Assembly: GCA_045629725.1 (NCBI GenBank)
Contig: JAZQRT010000095.1
Span: 1 to 37,436 of the forward strand
Length of the DNA: 37,436 bases
Direction: 5' to 3'
Origin: Eubacteriales bacterium
Lineage (GTDB): Bacteria > Bacillota > Clostridia > Oscillospirales > CAG-272
The translations under genes were made by a program, and so were the position numbers. This document shows, one piece after another, positions 37,349-37,436 of this stretch; the stretch's first letter is position 1, and the number at the start of each line of letters is the position of its first letter. The notes under the pieces are model-generated. The model saw only the letters and a program-made list of their open reading frames with translations, ran no database searches and was not told the origin of the DNA.

Positions 37349-37436
37349 AGGCTAAAATGCACAAAAAACTATATTAAAATCAGGTATATCAAAAGGTCAA
37401 AAGGACTAAATCAGCTGTTGATGACCGTTTTATGGG

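Noticed and set aside
1-37436. CRISPR arrays, tRNA or rRNA genes
   Set aside because: No spaced direct-repeat array or tRNA/rRNA-like sequence seen in any intergenic region.

Overview
Chromosomal window from a Firmicute, most likely an uncultured Clostridia/Oscillospirales-type organism (inferred from gene content, order and sigmaA-like promoters). Most of it is housekeeping: an M18 aminopeptidase (cut by the window edge), slt, coaE, an MBOAT/DHHW-type O-acylation pair, typA, a YitT protein, and a long minus-strand block (L20 leader-infC-rpmI-rplT, TrmH methylase, dprA-topA-trmFO-plsX-rnc-radical SAM-smc-ftsY-rdgB-yhbY-yqeK-rsfS-leuS). The right end holds a rhodanese-like lipoprotein, an orphan solute-binding lipoprotein and a CarD protein. 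The most interesting part is a ~6.3 kb accessory island (8725-14948) between yitT and leuS. It encodes a ~1150-aa secreted protein with an Rhs/WapA-type N-terminal region but no YD repeats, ricin-like trefoils and a C-terminal M23 peptidase, followed directly by a sortase-anchored partner with an internal repeat. A GC-rich block lies at each end of the AT-rich payload. The operon leader has a micro-ORF and interleaved RNA stems, and a PadR/membrane-partner/secreted-protein trio is transcribed divergently. I propose, as inference, a swappable peptidoglycan-hydrolase plus surface-immunity system. All family calls come from motif recognition only; no database searches were run.
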